From Nitrosomonas sp. (lineage in GTDB: Bacteria > Pseudomonadota > Gammaproteobacteria > Burkholderiales > Nitrosomonadaceae), in assembly GCF_021731985.1 (NCBI RefSeq), contig NZ_JAKFWH010000062.1, positions 30,833 through 94,832 of the forward strand: 64,000 nt of DNA. Direction: 5' to 3'. Both the position numbers and the translations under genes were made by a program. Below are positions 39,025-49,588 of the stretch, piece after piece (positions within the stretch are counted from its first letter, which is position 1; each line of letters starts with the position of its first letter). Below the pieces are notes generated by a model. The model was not told the origin of the DNA. It saw nothing but the letters and a program-made list of their open reading frames with translations, and searched no databases.

Positions 39025-40116
39025 TTAATTCACGCGAATGCCGATGTAAGTAGCATTGTTGGCTTCGCTACGCTCGGTAAACGCGCCGTTGTAGTCGATG
39101 ACCGCGCCGATCCAGTAATTCTGGCCGCTGACCAGATCGGAAGGAATCACCAGGAAGGTATTGTTGGTGGTGTCCGGAGAACCGCGATACAGCGTAACCG
39201 TGCCTTCGCCGAGGAACCGGTCGCCGGTACTGATGGTGTCATTGGCCGATAGGTAATAACCAACCTTAGCTGTCAGCGGACTGGTATTGCCGAGATTCTC
39301 ATACGTCATCTCGAGCTTAATGGTTTGGCCTTTGTTGACGCGGTATACCGGTTCGGTAGTGCCGGCTACTTTGGTCAGTTCTACATTCGAGGTGTTGAAA
39401 ATGCGAGTACGGCCATGCGTGCTGTATTCGCCGCTGCTACCGGTATGCCGCCAATGGGATACCGCAAGATCATTGGCGCCACCAGCCCACAAGCCGTACA
39501 CTGCAACCAGTCCGTTGTTAGCATCCTCGCCGCTGTAGGCGGTTGCTGTTGCGCCATTGGCATGGATATGCGTGGGATCTGAACCCATGATGTTATAAAC
39601 ATTGGCAGTGTGCGCCAATCCGGCAGCATGGCCGAGTTCGTGCATGGCGGTGGTCTGGAATGGCCGGAATGCGCCGCCATAGGACGATAAGCTGGCTTTG
39701 TTGGTGGTGTGGTGATACGACACGCTGTTATTGAAAATGACATCCGCTTCTTTTAACGTGCAATCACCTTTAAACCATACATACGCAACGGCTGGAAAGG
39801 TGCCGATATTCGCGCCGCCATTGGCTTCCCACCAGACCTCGTTTTCGTTGTTATTGGCTGCAACGCCGGGCTCGTTCCAGACGACGCCAAAGCTTAAGTT
39901 GCTGGGATTGCCGTTCCAATGCGTGATCACGGAAGATAACGCATCGCGCCAAGGACCCACCGGAAAACCGACGGAAGATGCGCGGGCTGTGTAGCTGTTG
40001 CCGCTCCATTTGGTTGCGTTGCCGCCACATTTGATGGTGGTGTAAGCGAATGCATGTTGCGTGACGGTTGCCAGAAACATCGTGGCGAGCAATTGATTTA
40101 ATCGCGAGAATTTCAT
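39025..40116 (-). CDS. Secreted matrixin-like metzincin metalloprotease with C-terminal Ig/CARDB-like domain
   Basis: Signal peptide ending AFA; HELGHAAGLAH; Met-turn NIMG; LKEADVIFN; C-domain YENLG...GYYLS...YWIGAVIDY...EANN. Confidence 0.85.
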   Translation of the reverse strand: MKFSRLNQLLATMFLATVTQHAFAYTTIKCGGNATKWSGNSYTARASSVGFPVGPWRDALSSVITHWNGNPSNLSFGVVWNEPGVAANNNENEVWWEANGGANIGTFPAVAYVWFKGDCTLKEADVIFNNSVSYHHTTNKASLSSYGGAFRPFQTTAMHELGHAAGLAHTANVYNIMGSDPTHIHANGATATAYSGEDANNGLVAVYGLWAGGANDLAVSHWRHTGSSGEYSTHGRTRIFNTSNVELTKVAGTTEPVYRVNKGQTIKLEMTYENLGNTSPLTAKVGYYLSANDTISTGDRFLGEGTVTLYRGSPDTTNNTFLVIPSDLVSGQNYWIGAVIDYNGAFTERSEANNATYIGIRVN

Positions 40117-40181
40117 TGTAAGTCTCCTAAAAATTGTTCATAACTTGAGTGACGATTGCAAATTCAGGGTGAAAACGCGCT

Positions 40182-41009
40182 TTAATCCCTGCGAATGGTC
40201 ATTTCCACGTGATTCGGCGCTTCCAGATCGAGTTTTTTGAGAACCGGTGGTACCGCCGGTGCGGCAACTGGTTTTGCTTTTCCTATTGCGAATTGTTCAT
40301 GCATTTGCATGCTTTGGACGGGCTTGAGCGAACCGAGCGCTTGCGGTGTGTAGTGCTGGTTGACGCTATCGCTGAGGAATTTACGGAATTGCACCGGGGT
40401 CAGCTTGGTAGCATCGGCTGGCGGAGTCCACTCGGCTTTGGTTTCGGTTTCAAAAGTGAATTCTTTGATGCCGATGCGAAGCGTTACGCTTTTCTTGTCT
40501 TCGTTAAAATTTCCTTGATCGAGCTGGCCGTTGCTGCGCAGCCAGATTTCTTGCCAGGCATCCGAGTGTACGCCATCCTTGCTGATACGGAAGCGGCCAA
40601 AATTACCGCCGACGACCGGTGAGATTTCCACGCCGTTACCGCGCACGAACACGATATCCTGATCGCCGACTTGAAACAGCGGCACGCCTGGAATAATCAA
40701 GGTATTGCCAGCATCATCAGGACCGCCGCGGAAGCGTAGTGTGATCAATTTGTCCTGGTTCGAACGACCTTTAAAGTTCCGGGTGATCTCGTAGGTCACA
40801 TAGGTATGCGGTATAGCGACATCGTCCGCCTGCAAAATATCCGATGTGCGATAGTCGACATCGACGACCTTTCCTTCAAAAATCAGATCAGCCTTATGCA
40901 CCAGATCCGAAGTGTTGGTGTCGTCCGCGTGTGATGCATGCGTTTGCGGGATAGCAATCGCCAGACTCAAAGTTAAAATCGCTGCTGCTAGTGTTTTTAC
41001 TTTCATCAT
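40182..41009 (-). CDS. Secreted hypothetical protein, possible NTR/TIMP-like beta-barrel
   Basis: Signal peptide; ADLIFEGKVVDV...TYVTYEI...FRGG...PLFQVGDQDIVFV; 65 bp upstream of the protease. Confidence 0.6.
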   Translation of the reverse strand: MMKVKTLAAAILTLSLAIAIPQTHASHADDTNTSDLVHKADLIFEGKVVDVDYRTSDILQADDVAIPHTYVTYEITRNFKGRSNQDKLITLRFRGGPDDAGNTLIIPGVPLFQVGDQDIVFVRGNGVEISPVVGGNFGRFRISKDGVHSDAWQEIWLRSNGQLDQGNFNEDKKSVTLRIGIKEFTFETETKAEWTPPADATKLTPVQFRKFLSDSVNQHYTPQALGSLKPVQSMQMHEQFAIGKAKPVAAPAVPPVLKKLDLEAPNHVEMTIRRD

Positions 41010-41392
41010 ATATCTCCTCTTCCGTGGTTAGTTGCTACATTGTTGTGCCGGATTTCAGAAAGCCCGGAAAAATCAAAGCTGCCACGCAAAGATAGTGTTT
41101 TTTGTCAGATCAGTCTGTGAGAAAACACACAGGCAGCATTAATTAATCAAAGCACTGAAGGAGGTTAAGAAAACCGTCGGGACTGTCCGCTTAGCAAAGC
41201 GATATGCAAGGCATTGATACCTATCGGTTACACAAAGCCGGGTGTTAGGTTCGCTTCCGAGTCAGTTTCGAATTGCATGAGGAAATCAGAAGCTGCCAGA
41301 CAGAGTCATAGCAGAAAGCGGTTAGAGCTTCTTTACCCGAGCTATTGTGCAGGCAAAGAAACTTGTAATGCTGCAGTAAGTGCGTTACCGCT

Positions 41393-41881
41393 TTAATTCA
41401 CCCGAATGGCGATATAAGTGGCGATCTTGGCTTTACTGCGTTCGCATGGACATTGTTGTAATCAATAATGGCATTGATCCAATAATTTTGTCCACTGACC
41501 CAAGTCGGCTGGCATGGTAAACCAGGCATTCGAGGTCGTATTGGGAAAGCCACGATACAAAGTGCAAAGTGACCGCGCCTTCGACTAAGAATCGGTCGGT
41601 AGTACTGAAAGGATCGTTAGTTGACAAGTAAAAATCAATCTTTGCGGTCAATGGGCTGGTCTTGCCGAGATTTTCATACGTTAACTCGAATTTTATCGTC
41701 TGCCCTTTGTTGACGCGGTAAACCGGCTCAGCAGTACCACCTGCTCCGGTCAGTTTAACATTCGACATATTGAGCAGATGGGGTGCCCGGCCATGCGTAC
41801 TCTCCGCTGCTGCCAGTAGGTCTCCAGTGCGATAACGCGAAGTCATTGAGAGCGCCAGTCCACAAGCAGTATACTGCAACC
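41393..41881 (-). pseudogene. Relic C-terminal part of a paralogous matrixin gene
   Basis: Colinear with 39025-39510: LVAVYCLWTGALNDFALSHW..., PVYRVNKGQTIKFELTYENLG, ending ATYIAIRVN*; frameshifted; catalytic domain absent. Confidence 0.85.
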
Positions 41882-41968
41882 AAAAAACAGGTCGCGAATC
41901 AAGAATTCAATAGATCGATAGCGTCAACCCGATTGATCCTGCTGCCATTGCGCAGTCCTAATCCAATC

Positions 41969-42392
41969 TCAATCAATAAACGGATTCTCAATTACCAATC
42001 CATCAATTTTCTGACCGTGCTGCAAGTCTTCCGTGTATAAACGCGTGCAGCCGGATTCGAGAGCTGCAGCAACAATCAAGGCATCAGTAAAAACTGAAGC
42101 CATAGCGCGATTGAAGTTCAAGGCCGCGCCGGTAAAGTGCCGGGCTGGGCATGATTCGCCATAAGGGCATCAAGATCTGTTCCAGAAATCGCTAGGCATT
42201 TTCTGTGCTCATGGGAGATGGCAGTTTGCGCGTCACAACGTTGAGCGTCTCCTGGACAACTTGATGGCTGATGCAAGTACTGCGAGTTTCCAGCGCTTTC
42301 TGGATCAGTTGTTCTGCAATAGTACGTTTGTGCTAATCGGTTTCGTCGAACAGGTAAATGAAAACATGGGTATCGATAAATTCACCGCGCAT
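41969..42392 (-). pseudogene. vapC: PIN-domain (VapC) toxin pseudogene
   Basis: MRGEFIDTHVFIYLFD...FY/DALIVAAALESGCTRLYTEDLQHGQ; TAG stops at codons 20 (42333-42335) and 67 (42192-42194) and a +1 frameshift near 42085. Confidence 0.88.
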
Positions 42393-42621
42393 TCATTTCG
42401 TCTCGCGTGAATTTGCGACCGCCTGTACGTACTTGTCCACGTAATTCCTCGATTAATACCATTGCAGACTCGGTTTGATGCTCCTGTCGCACATAATCTG
42501 CCAGCCAGCCGCGGAATTGCTCGTTGAGGGTGGTCTGTTCAGCGCGAGCCCGTTCGCGGGCGGCTTCAATCAGTTTATCGTCCGCACTTAAGGTGATATT
42601 TTTCATCCTTTGCATAATCAT
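42382..42621 (-). CDS. RHH-type antitoxin (VapB-like)
   Basis: MKNITLSADDKLIEAARERA...KFTRDEMNAR; overlaps the start of the vapC relic. Confidence 0.8.
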   Translation of the reverse strand: MIMQRMKNITLSADDKLIEAARERARAEQTTLNEQFRGWLADYVRQEHQTESAMVLIEELRGQVRTGGRKFTRDEMNAR

Positions 42622-42643
42622 CGGCGAATTATTTAGCGCTTTC

Positions 42644-44152
42644 CTAATCTTCCCGTCTTAGTTGCGGAAACAGAATCACGTCGCGGATACTGGGACTGTC
42701 GGTCAATAGCATGACCAGACGGTCAATACCGATGCCTTCGCCCGCCGTGGGCGGCAGGCCATATTCCAGTGCGCGGATATAGTCCGCATCGTAATGCATC
42801 GCCTCGGCATCACCGGCATCTTTGGCATTGGCTTGCTCCTGAAAGCGCGCTGCTTGATCTTCCGAATCGTTTAATTCCGAAAATCCATTGGCAATTTCAC
42901 GTCCGGCGATATACAGCTCAAAACGATCGGTGGTTTCAGGGTTACTGTCGTTGCGACGTGCCAGCGGTGAGACTTCTGCCGGATAATCGATAATAAATGT
43001 GGGTTCAAACAGTAAATGTTCTGTGGTCTCATCAAACAATGAAAGCTGTAAGCCGCCGATACCATCGTGCGAATTATAGTGTATGCCCAATGCTTGTAAT
43101 TTATTGATCAGAAATTCACGATCCTGCAATTGCGCATCGGAATATTCCGGATGAAATTTCTGAATCGCCTGGGTAATGGTTAAACGCATAAACGGCTTCG
43201 CCAGATCGATTGCTTTTCCCTGGTAGGTAATCTGAGTGGTTCCGAGCACTTTTTCAGCCACACTGGAGAACATTTTTTCGGTGAAATCCATGAGATAACT
43301 ATAATCCTGATAGGCTTCATAGAATTCCACCATGGTAAATTCCGGGTTGTGCCGCGTGGAGATTCCTTCGTTACGGAAATTGCGGTTTATTTCAAAAACT
43401 TTTTCCATGCCGCCGACAACCAGCCGCTTCAAGTAAAGCTCAGGTGCGATACGCAAATAGAGCGCCATGTCCAATGCATTATGATGCGTGGAGAAGGGGC
43501 GTGCCGAGGCCCCGCCAGGAATCGGATGCATCATTGGGGTTTCAACTTCCAGATAATCGCGTGCCACAAAGAATTCACGAATTGCCTGTATCACTTTGGA
43601 ACGTATCGTAAACACCTTACGCGCTTCTTCATTCGTGATCAGATCCAAGTAACGCATACGGTATTTCTGTTCCTGATCGGTCAACCCATGAAATTTTTCC
43701 GGCAGCGGGCGCAGCGATTTTGTCAGCAATTGCAGATCAGTCACGCGGATCGAGAGTTCGCCGGTCTTAGTTTTAAATAACGTGCCTTGCGCGCCGAAGA
43801 TATCGCCCAGGTCATGGTGTTTGAACGCAGCATGCACCGCTTCGCCGGTATGGTCATCCGAAATATACAATTGGATGCGTCCGCTCATGTCCTGAATCGT
43901 AGCAAAGCTGGCCTTGCCCATGACGCGCTTTAACACCATGCGTCCTGCCACTTTAGCAACAGTTGGTTGTTCTTCCAGCTGTTCTTTTGTGAATTCGTCA
44001 AATTGCTGATGGAGTGCTGCCGCCAGATGCTCGCGCCGGAAGGTATTCGGGAAAGCGTTGCCTGCTTGCCGCAATTCGGTCAGTTTGGCGCGACGTTCAG
44101 CAATAATTTGATTTTCATCCTGGGGAGCAGCCGATTGATTTTCCTGGTTCAT
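42644..44152 (-). CDS. lysS: Lysine--tRNA ligase (class II)
   Basis: [46 protein letters not shown]. Confidence 0.98.
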   Translation of the reverse strand: MNQENQSAAPQDENQIIAERRAKLTELRQAGNAFPNTFRREHLAAALHQQFDEFTKEQLEEQPTVAKVAGRMVLKRVMGKASFATIQDMSGRIQLYISDDHTGEAVHAAFKHHDLGDIFGAQGTLFKTKTGELSIRVTDLQLLTKSLRPLPEKFHGLTDQEQKYRMRYLDLITNEEARKVFTIRSKVIQAIREFFVARDYLEVETPMMHPIPGGASARPFSTHHNALDMALYLRIAPELYLKRLVVGGMEKVFEINRNFRNEGISTRHNPEFTMVEFYEAYQDYSYLMDFTEKMFSSVAEKVLGTTQITYQGKAIDLAKPFMRLTITQAIQKFHPEYSDAQLQDREFLINKLQALGIHYNSHDGIGGLQLSLFDETTEHLLFEPTFIIDYPAEVSPLARRNDSNPETTDRFELYIAGREIANGFSELNDSEDQAARFQEQANAKDAGDAEAMHYDADYIRALEYGLPPTAGEGIGIDRLVMLLTDSPSIRDVILFPQLRRED

Positions 44153-44282
44153 GTTATGGTTTGTTGTGTAAGGATTGGGAATAAAATTAATGGAGGGATT
44201 ATACGCTGCAAGCGAGGAATCTCGTCATGTATCAATTCTTGGATTCGGATAGGTTGCCGACCGGACTGAATTTAAATGGTCA

Positions 44283-45521
44283 TTAGCTCGCTATTTCAAC
44301 CCGGTTTCGCCCTTTATGCTTGGCTATGTAAAGCGCTTCATCGGCTCTCCGTAATAACAGATTTTCGTCCAGTGTTTCTGGCTCTGTGCCGATGGCCACG
44401 CCCAAGCTGATTGTGACGGGGACCAGTGTCTGATCGGCATTAATTTCCTGACAGGCTATGGCATTACGGAATCTTTCCGCGGCTTTTAAAGCGCCAATTT
44501 GATCATAGGGTGAAATAATTGCCAGAAACTCTTCACCGCCATAACGTCCGATGTATTCATGAGAACGGGCTGATTGGGTCAAACGGTTGGCAATTTCGCA
44601 TAGCACCGCATCACCTGTGAGATGGCCGCAGGTATCATTAATGGTTTTGAAGTGATCAATATCGATCATGATCACCGCAATTCCAATTCCACCGCGTCTG
44701 GCACGCAAGATTTGTTTATGCAGGATATCAAATATGGCGGGGCGGTTGAACAAACCGGTTAAGGCATCATGTGTGACGCGTTGTTGCAATGATTTTTTCT
44801 GCGCGATGAGTTGTTTATTTAGTTTTATTCCTTTGTATAACTGGGTTTTCTCAAGGATGATCGCCACTTGACTGGCGATTTGCAGGGATAAATCCTTATG
44901 CAGGTTTTTATAAATGCTTTTTTTGCGGTAAGAAAAGAAAACGAAACCAATGGGTTTCCCATCGGCAACCAAAGGACAAATGAGGCAGGAGCGAATGCCT
45001 TCTTTAATAATTGCTTGCGTGAGCCTGGATTCCGAGTGCTTTTCCAAATGTGCGGTTAAATCGTCGATGATCAGCATTTCGTTGATGTCGATGATTGCTC
45101 GCAAGCCACTGTCCGACATAGGGATTGCAAGGCCAGTGATTAATTCTTGCTTGTCATAATCGGCACGTGACCAATGCAATTTAAGCTTGTTGCCTTCATT
45201 CTCGAGTAAAGCCAAGCTAATCCGGTCATAGGGTAAATGATCCTGAAAGGATTCATAAATGTGGTTCAGTACATCGATCAGCTGTAGATTGAGGTTGCAT
45301 TCAACCATAATCCGATAGAGAGATTGGCTTCTTTCTGACTGTTTCTTGAGATAAGCGGATAGTTTCTTGAGGGATTTACCCAAATGACCAATTTCATCGT
45401 CACCGATCGGAATATCCGGTGCGAAATCGCCGCGTGCCATCGCTTCGGCTGCTTTACACAAGGCTGAGATTCGATCATTTTTTTTCATGTCTTTGCCACC
45501 GATGAAAATAATGTTGCACAT
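44283..45521 (-). CDS. HAMP-GAF-GGDEF diguanylate cyclase
   Basis: DEIGHLG HAMP motif; GAF (IRSCLICPLV); HDALTGLFNR, DIDHFKTIND, RYGGEEF. Start may be 45488. Confidence 0.9.
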   Translation of the reverse strand: MCNIIFIGGKDMKKNDRISALCKAAEAMARGDFAPDIPIGDDEIGHLGKSLKKLSAYLKKQSERSQSLYRIMVECNLNLQLIDVLNHIYESFQDHLPYDRISLALLENEGNKLKLHWSRADYDKQELITGLAIPMSDSGLRAIIDINEMLIIDDLTAHLEKHSESRLTQAIIKEGIRSCLICPLVADGKPIGFVFFSYRKKSIYKNLHKDLSLQIASQVAIILEKTQLYKGIKLNKQLIAQKKSLQQRVTHDALTGLFNRPAIFDILHKQILRARRGGIGIAVIMIDIDHFKTINDTCGHLTGDAVLCEIANRLTQSARSHEYIGRYGGEEFLAIISPYDQIGALKAAERFRNAIACQEINADQTLVPVTISLGVAIGTEPETLDENLLLRRADEALYIAKHKGRNRVEIAS

Positions 45522-45661
45522 TAAATCAAGACATTCACTTATCAGTATACGCTGGCCACCTCATCAGGCTTTGAGTATTCCTCAGATGATTGATTCACAG
45601 GAATAAATATATCGCATTGAGCACGACAGTGGTTGAATAAAGTGACAGAACAATCGTTTAG

Positions 45662-45801
45662 CAGGCCGTTTAAAAACTTTTTCGAGGCAGCCGATGCAAG
45701 GCAAAAACAGGCGAAGAAGCGCAGTTTATGCATAATAAATGAGCATTTTGAGCCTGTTTCTAACGCCGCAGCGGCAACGTAGATAATTTTTCAACGGTCT
45801 G
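45662..45801. mobile_element. 140-bp MITE with TTAG target-site duplication
   Basis: TIRs CAGGCCGTTTAAAAA / CAGACCGTTGAAAAA (13/15); TTAG at 45658-45661 and 45802-45805. Confidence 0.85.
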
Positions 45802-45908
45802 TTAGAGGTATTTTCATGTGAATATGCAACAACACAGGGCATTAACGCACGGTCAATGCTAGAATTCTTCAATTGTTGTTTACGAAACCGGGGCAGGATA
45901 AAAGCGAG

Positions 45909-46313
45909 ATGATTGGGATATTAGTTCTCACACATGAAGATTTAGGGGATCATATGATTCGTTGCGCAAGCCATGTAGTCGGCATGAAGCCGCCGCAACT
46001 ACTGCATTTGAGTGTTTTTCCGCAGGATGATCCCGATGCCGTATTCACCCGGGCGCGCGCATTGATAAAGCAACTGGATAGCGGTGATGGGGTGTTGGTA
46101 CTGAGTGATATGTGTGGCGCAACACCCTGCAATATTGCCAGCCGGTTAATGCAACCCGGTAAAGTGGAATGTATCGCGGGTGTCAATTTGCCGATGCTGG
46201 TGCGTGTGTTGACTTATCGTAATGAGCCGCTTCCTGTCGTGATCGAGAAAGGACTGAGTGGCGGCCAATGCGGTGTCATGCATATTGGTGCGGAGCCTTG
46301 CCATGCAGACTAA
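45909..46313 (+). CDS. PTS EIIA, mannose/fructose type
   Basis: MIGILVLTHEDLG (phospho-His), LVLSDMCGATPCN, GVNLPML. Confidence 0.9.
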   Translation: MIGILVLTHEDLGDHMIRCASHVVGMKPPQLLHLSVFPQDDPDAVFTRARALIKQLDSGDGVLVLSDMCGATPCNIASRLMQPGKVECIAGVNLPMLVRVLTYRNEPLPVVIEKGLSGGQCGVMHIGAEPCHAD

Positions 46314-46572
46314 AGAAGTGGAAATTGTCAACAAACTGGGATTGCATGCGCGCGCATCTTCAAAACTGACGAAACTGGCCAGTCAATTCAAGTGTGAAGT
46401 CTGGGCGACAAAGAATAATCGCCGCGTAAATGCAAAAAGTATCATGGGGGTTATGACGCTGGCGGCCAATAAAGGGTCGCGCATACAGATCGAAACGACC
46501 GGTGACGATGAAGTTGAAGCGCTGGCGGCATTGGTGGCATTGGTTGAAGATTATTTTGGTGAAGGCGAATGA
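46303..46572 (+). CDS. ptsH: Phosphocarrier protein HPr
   Basis: NKLGLHARAS (His15), NAKSIMG (Ser46). Confidence 0.95.
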   Translation: MQTKEVEIVNKLGLHARASSKLTKLASQFKCEVWATKNNRRVNAKSIMGVMTLAANKGSRIQIETTGDDEVEALAALVALVEDYFGEGE

Positions 46573-48296
46573 GCTTTATCCTGCAAGGTATTGGCGTATC
46601 GGAAGGCATTGCCATAGGGCATGCGCATTTAGGCGCGCCAGCAGCTTTAGAGGTGATGCATTATCTGATTCCGAAAAATCAGATGGACAAAGAGATTGCG
46701 CGTCTGGATAGTGCCTTTGCTGTCGTTCGTGAAGAATTTGAGACGCTGCAAAAATCTGTCGCCGATGGTCATGCGCGAGCGGAGTTTAGTGCATTCCTGG
46801 ATCTGCATCTGATGATCTTGGATGATCCGATGCTTTCCGAAGCGACCCGGAGCATGATTGTGCAGACCCAGTGCAATGCGGAATGGGCGCTGACGCAGCA
46901 GATGCAAGAGCTACTGGCGCAGTTTGAAGAAATCGAAGATGCTTATTTGCGCGAACGCAAAGCCGATGTGGTGCAAGTTGTCGAGCGTGTGCTCAAAGCG
47001 ATGCTGGGACACCCCGGTTATTTGCCGGTGGCATCGAGACTTACCGGCGATAGTATTCTGGTTGCGCATGATTTGAGTCCTGCTGATGTCATGCAGTACA
47101 AACAGCATCAATTTACTGCCTTCCTGACCGATTTGGGCAGTCAAACCTCGCATACTGCGATTGTTGCGCGTAGTCTCAATATCCCATCTATCGTGGCGTT
47201 ACATCAGGCGCATCGGTTAATTCTGGAAAATGATCGTCTGATTGTGGACGGCACGCATGGCATTGTCATCGTCAATCCGGATAAATATGTTCTGGACGAA
47301 TACCGCCTGCGGCAAGGCCAGCTGGAGCTGGAGAGAAAAAAGCTACAGCGTATTAAGAGCGTTGTCGCGGTAACACTGGATGGCACACCGATCGATTTAT
47401 ACGCCAACATCGAACTGCCGGAAGATATCGAGCAAGTTAAAACCAGCGGTGCCACAGGCATCGGTTTGTTCCGCAGCGAGTTTTTGTTTCTTAATCGGGA
47501 TGACTTGCCGAATGAAGAGGAACAATTTGAGGCTTACCGGACTGTTGCAGTCAAAATGCATAAACAGCCGGTTACCATTCGTACCTTTGATCTGGGGGCG
47601 GATAAAAGCCTGAAAGGTGCCGTGCAAGTTGCGGCTAATCCGGCATTAGGGTTACGTGCTATCCGGTTGAGCCTGGCGGAGCCGAGAATGTTTCATACGC
47701 AACTACGCGCTATTTTGCGCGCATCTCAATACGGCGATGTTCGTATCCTGGTACCGATGCTATCTCATGTGGCGGAAATTGATCAAACGCTACATCTGAT
47801 TGAATACGCAAAACAGACCTTGCGCGATGAAAAGATTCATTTTGATGAGCACATTAAAGTCGGCGGGATGATTGAGATTCCGGCGGCTGCGTTGAGTCTG
47901 AATCTCTTTATGCGAAAGCTGGATTTTTTGTCCATTGGTACCAATGACCTGATTCAATATACCTTGGCTGTTGACCGGATCGATGATGCGGTGGCGCATC
48001 TTTATGATCCGTTTCACCCAGCCATATTGTGGCTGGTTTCGCATATTATTCAGAGTGCCAATCACGCCAAAGTGCCTGTATCGATTTGTGGTGAGATGGC
48101 CGGTGATAAGCAGTTTACCCGGCTGCTTCTAGGTTTCGGGCTGCAGCAATTCTCCATGTACCCGGCGCAATTACTGACAGTGAAAAACCAGATATTAAAA
48201 AGCCATTTGCCTGATATTATTCCGCTGACACAAAAGATTATGAAAACGGATCAGCCGGAAAAGATGGCTGCATTACTGGCTAAGTTGAATGATTAG
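46569..48296 (+). CDS. ptsI: PEP-protein phosphotransferase (Enzyme I)
   Basis: TSHTAIVARS, GIGLFRSEF, NPALGLRAIR, SIGTNDLIQY, CGEMAG. Confidence 0.97.
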   Translation: MSFILQGIGVSEGIAIGHAHLGAPAALEVMHYLIPKNQMDKEIARLDSAFAVVREEFETLQKSVADGHARAEFSAFLDLHLMILDDPMLSEATRSMIVQTQCNAEWALTQQMQELLAQFEEIEDAYLRERKADVVQVVERVLKAMLGHPGYLPVASRLTGDSILVAHDLSPADVMQYKQHQFTAFLTDLGSQTSHTAIVARSLNIPSIVALHQAHRLILENDRLIVDGTHGIVIVNPDKYVLDEYRLRQGQLELERKKLQRIKSVVAVTLDGTPIDLYANIELPEDIEQVKTSGATGIGLFRSEFLFLNRDDLPNEEEQFEAYRTVAVKMHKQPVTIRTFDLGADKSLKGAVQVAANPALGLRAIRLSLAEPRMFHTQLRAILRASQYGDVRILVPMLSHVAEIDQTLHLIEYAKQTLRDEKIHFDEHIKVGGMIEIPAAALSLNLFMRKLDFLSIGTNDLIQYTLAVDRIDDAVAHLYDPFHPAILWLVSHIIQSANHAKVPVSICGEMAGDKQFTRLLLGFGLQQFSMYPAQLLTVKNQILKSHLPDIIPLTQKIMKTDQPEKMAALLAKLND

Positions 48297-48360
48297 AAAA
48301 ACTCTGAAAGAACTAATTGCGATCAGGGTGAACTAGCCGATGGGTTTATCAGAGTTTTCC
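48297..48360. mobile_element. Short degenerate MITE-like relic
   Basis: AAAAACTCTGA after TTAG on the left; TCAGAGTTTTCC then CTAG on the right; ends resemble the TIR at 24277. Confidence 0.5.
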
Positions 48361-48438
48361 CTAGTGTATGCCAGTTTTTTTGACGATATAATTGGTAACA
48401 AGATAGTTAGTCGTTTCTTCAGGATTTTCCTTATATAA

Positions 48439-49566
48439 ATGCAAGATTCAAAATCAGTTGGTGTTGTGACACCGCAATATGTAACCATTGACAAGCCGTT
48501 GCAATTGAAAAGCGGATTGATGCTGGATAGCTATCATCTGGTGTATGAAACCTATGGACAACTGAATGCAGCCCGATCCAACGCGGTATTAATTTGTCAT
48601 GCGCTTTCAGGCAATCACCACGTGGCCGGTGTGTATGCGGATAAAGAGAAAAGCTACGGCTGGTGGGATAACATGGTGGGTCCTGGCAAGCCGATTGATA
48701 CCAATCGCTTCTTTGTGATGGGTGTGAATAATCTGGGCGGTTGCCACGGTTCTACCGGTCCTGCCAGTATTGATACGAAAACCGGAAAGCACTACGGCGC
48801 GAGTTTTCCGATTGTTACCGTGGAAGATTGGGTGGAAACCCAGGCGCAATTGGCCGATCATTTGGGGATTGAACAGTTTGCGGCAGTAGTCGGCGGCAGC
48901 CTGGGCGGGATGCAGGCAATGCAGTGGACGCTGAATTATCCGGAAAAGGTACGCCATGTGCTGGTGATTGCCGCAGCGGCCAAACTGACCGCACAAAATA
49001 TCGCGTTTAACGATGTAGCCCGCCAGGCAATCATGACCGACCAGGAATTTTACGGCGGGAATTACTACGCTTACGACACTTTACCTAGACGCGGCTTGCG
49101 GCTGGCTCGCATGCTGGGACATATCACTTATCTGTCTGACGATTCGATGGCAGCAAAATTTGGGCGCAGTTTGCGTAATGGGGATCTTTCTTTTGGTTTT
49201 GATGTTGAGTTTGAGATCGAATCCTACTTACGTTATCAGGGCGACAAATTTGCGGATTTGTTTGATGCCAATAGCTATTTGCTGATGACCAAAGCACTAG
49301 ATTATTTTGATCCGGCCAATGCCTACGGGGGCGATTTAAGCGCGGCTTTCCAGGTTGCCAAAGCGAATTACCTGATTTTATCGTTTACATCCGATTGGCG
49401 TTTCTCGCCGGAACGTTCCCGGGAGATTGTCAAAGCGCTACTGGATAACAAGATTAACGTGAGTTATGCAGAAATCACCTCCAGCCACGGCCATGACTCG
49501 TTTCTGATGGAAACGCAGTATTACCATCAACTGGTGCGGGCGTATATGGACAATATTTCTACCTGA
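48439..49566 (+). CDS. metX: Homoserine O-acyltransferase (acetyl or succinyl)
   Basis: [17 protein letters not shown] nucleophile elbow, SDWRF, HGHDSFL. Confidence 0.95.
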   Translation: MQDSKSVGVVTPQYVTIDKPLQLKSGLMLDSYHLVYETYGQLNAARSNAVLICHALSGNHHVAGVYADKEKSYGWWDNMVGPGKPIDTNRFFVMGVNNLGGCHGSTGPASIDTKTGKHYGASFPIVTVEDWVETQAQLADHLGIEQFAAVVGGSLGGMQAMQWTLNYPEKVRHVLVIAAAAKLTAQNIAFNDVARQAIMTDQEFYGGNYYAYDTLPRRGLRLARMLGHITYLSDDSMAAKFGRSLRNGDLSFGFDVEFEIESYLRYQGDKFADLFDANSYLLMTKALDYFDPANAYGGDLSAAFQVAKANYLILSFTSDWRFSPERSREIVKALLDNKINVSYAEITSSHGHDSFLMETQYYHQLVRAYMDNIST

Positions 49567-49588
49567 GTGAAAGAGCTATTAATTAACC

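Noticed and set aside
41041-41200. Riboswitch upstream of the protease partner gene
   Set aside because: Some nested inverted segments are present (GCTGCC/GGCAGC), but no recognisable c-di-GMP or other aptamer consensus.
45909-48296. Sugar-uptake PTS
   Set aside because: There is no EIIB/EIIC permease; EIIA-HPr-EI alone is the common regulatory PTS of betaproteobacteria and is not novel.
48361-48438. SAM/SAH riboswitch before metX
   Set aside because: The leader is short and AT-rich with no aptamer motifs.
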